A stretch of DNA of 64,000 nucleotides from Hydrolagus affinis (Eukaryota). Below the pieces are notes generated by a model that saw nothing but the letters and a program-made list of their open reading frames with translations, did no database searches and had not been told where the DNA came from. Both the position numbers and the translations under genes were made by a program. Each line of letters starts with the position of its first letter. Within the stretch, counting starts at the first letter, position 1. Where the stretch lies: NCBI GenBank assembly GCA_012026655.1, contig JAAILG010001622.1, positions 1 through 64,000 of the forward strand. The letters run 5' to 3'. This document shows positions 63,113 through 64,000 of this stretch, piece by piece.

Positions 63113-64000
63113 TCTGAGCTGTAACTTTCTATGATTCTATAAACAACAACAAAATTACATTTGTATAGCCAAGGTCAGGGGGAGATGGCCACTCCTATGA
63201 TGGACATCGACCAGGCGTCTGCGATGTGATCTTTATCAAATGGTAATAATTATCACTTGATAGCGCATGTTGCACCCCACTATTTTTCCTTAATAAGAGA
63301 CGTGTCACCTCCATTCTTCCTTTGAAATAATACCTGAAGCACGGGTAAGTAACACTGCTGCTACTGTGCCAATGGGAACAGTTTTTTCTCCAGATGCTAA
63401 CCATCTGCATTGGCTTTGAACAACATTTAAACACATCATGTCAATAAAATACATGGATTTCAAAAATAAGAGAGAAGTAAAGCGAATTCAGATGCAGGCT
63501 GTAGTTCTGCTGGTACGAACTGTTCCAAATCGATGAACGGCTACTCCATAAATAACTTGCAAGCTATGAAACACAGCAACTGAGAAAAATGCAGACAAAT
63601 TCACAAGTAATTCAGTTGCTTGGCCTGGTTATTGATTGGTTGGAACTGGTATATGGCTGAGTCATGGAAAGTTAATGATACCCATTGATGTTGATTGTTT
63701 TAACCACTGCTGATTCGTTGTATTAGTCTGTTCCCCATAGACCAATACGATCAGACAAATTGTCTGACTATCAAAGTTGTTTATTGGACAGAAGCAGGTA
63801 AACATGAAAATAAAAGGCAAAGTTACCGTGAAGGACTGCTGAGGCACAGAACACTTGAGGGTTTGCACATAGATGCAGTATGTTACTGCCAAGGCATTAA
63901 ATTGGCTCTAGTGATGAGCGCCTAATTGGACATGTTTTCTGTTTTATGGATTCCTTGAGGGTCTGGACTTGCTCATTGCTTGTGCACATGTCAATCATTG

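Noticed and set aside
1-64000. ORFs in the six-frame track as host protein-coding genes
   Set aside because: All are at most 177 aa; the recognisable ones are broken LINE RT pieces or their antisense frames, and the rest look like chance ORFs
1-64000. CRISPR array or other prokaryotic system
   Set aside because: No regularly spaced repeat-spacer structure and no operon-like coding density; the sequence is vertebrate-type

Overview
This is eukaryotic, repeat-dense, essentially non-coding DNA (intronic or intergenic). The repeat complement points to a cartilaginous fish, possibly a chimaera/elephant-shark relative (inference). It contains L2-clade LINEs with (TTG)n tails, CR1 LINEs with shark-type 3' ends, tRNA-headed Deu-domain SINEs resembling SacSINE1/AmnSINE1, and a Penelope-associated palindrome. 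I recognise no intact protein-coding gene, RNA gene, CRISPR array or prokaryotic system; the recognisable ORFs in the track are decayed reverse-transcriptase (RT) fragments or their antisense shadows. Less routine items: three copies of a very decayed I-group-like LINE, a Tigger/pogo-like MITE carrying a 132-bp tandem duplication, a candidate solo LTR, a ~40-bp-stem palindrome, several nested or chimeric insertions, three isolated + strand exon-like segments and a nuclear-receptor motif cluster. There is a 149-bp assembly gap at 60600-60748. I found no convincing new biological system. Repeat boundaries were read by eye (about +/-20 bp), and family names are pattern recognition, not database hits.
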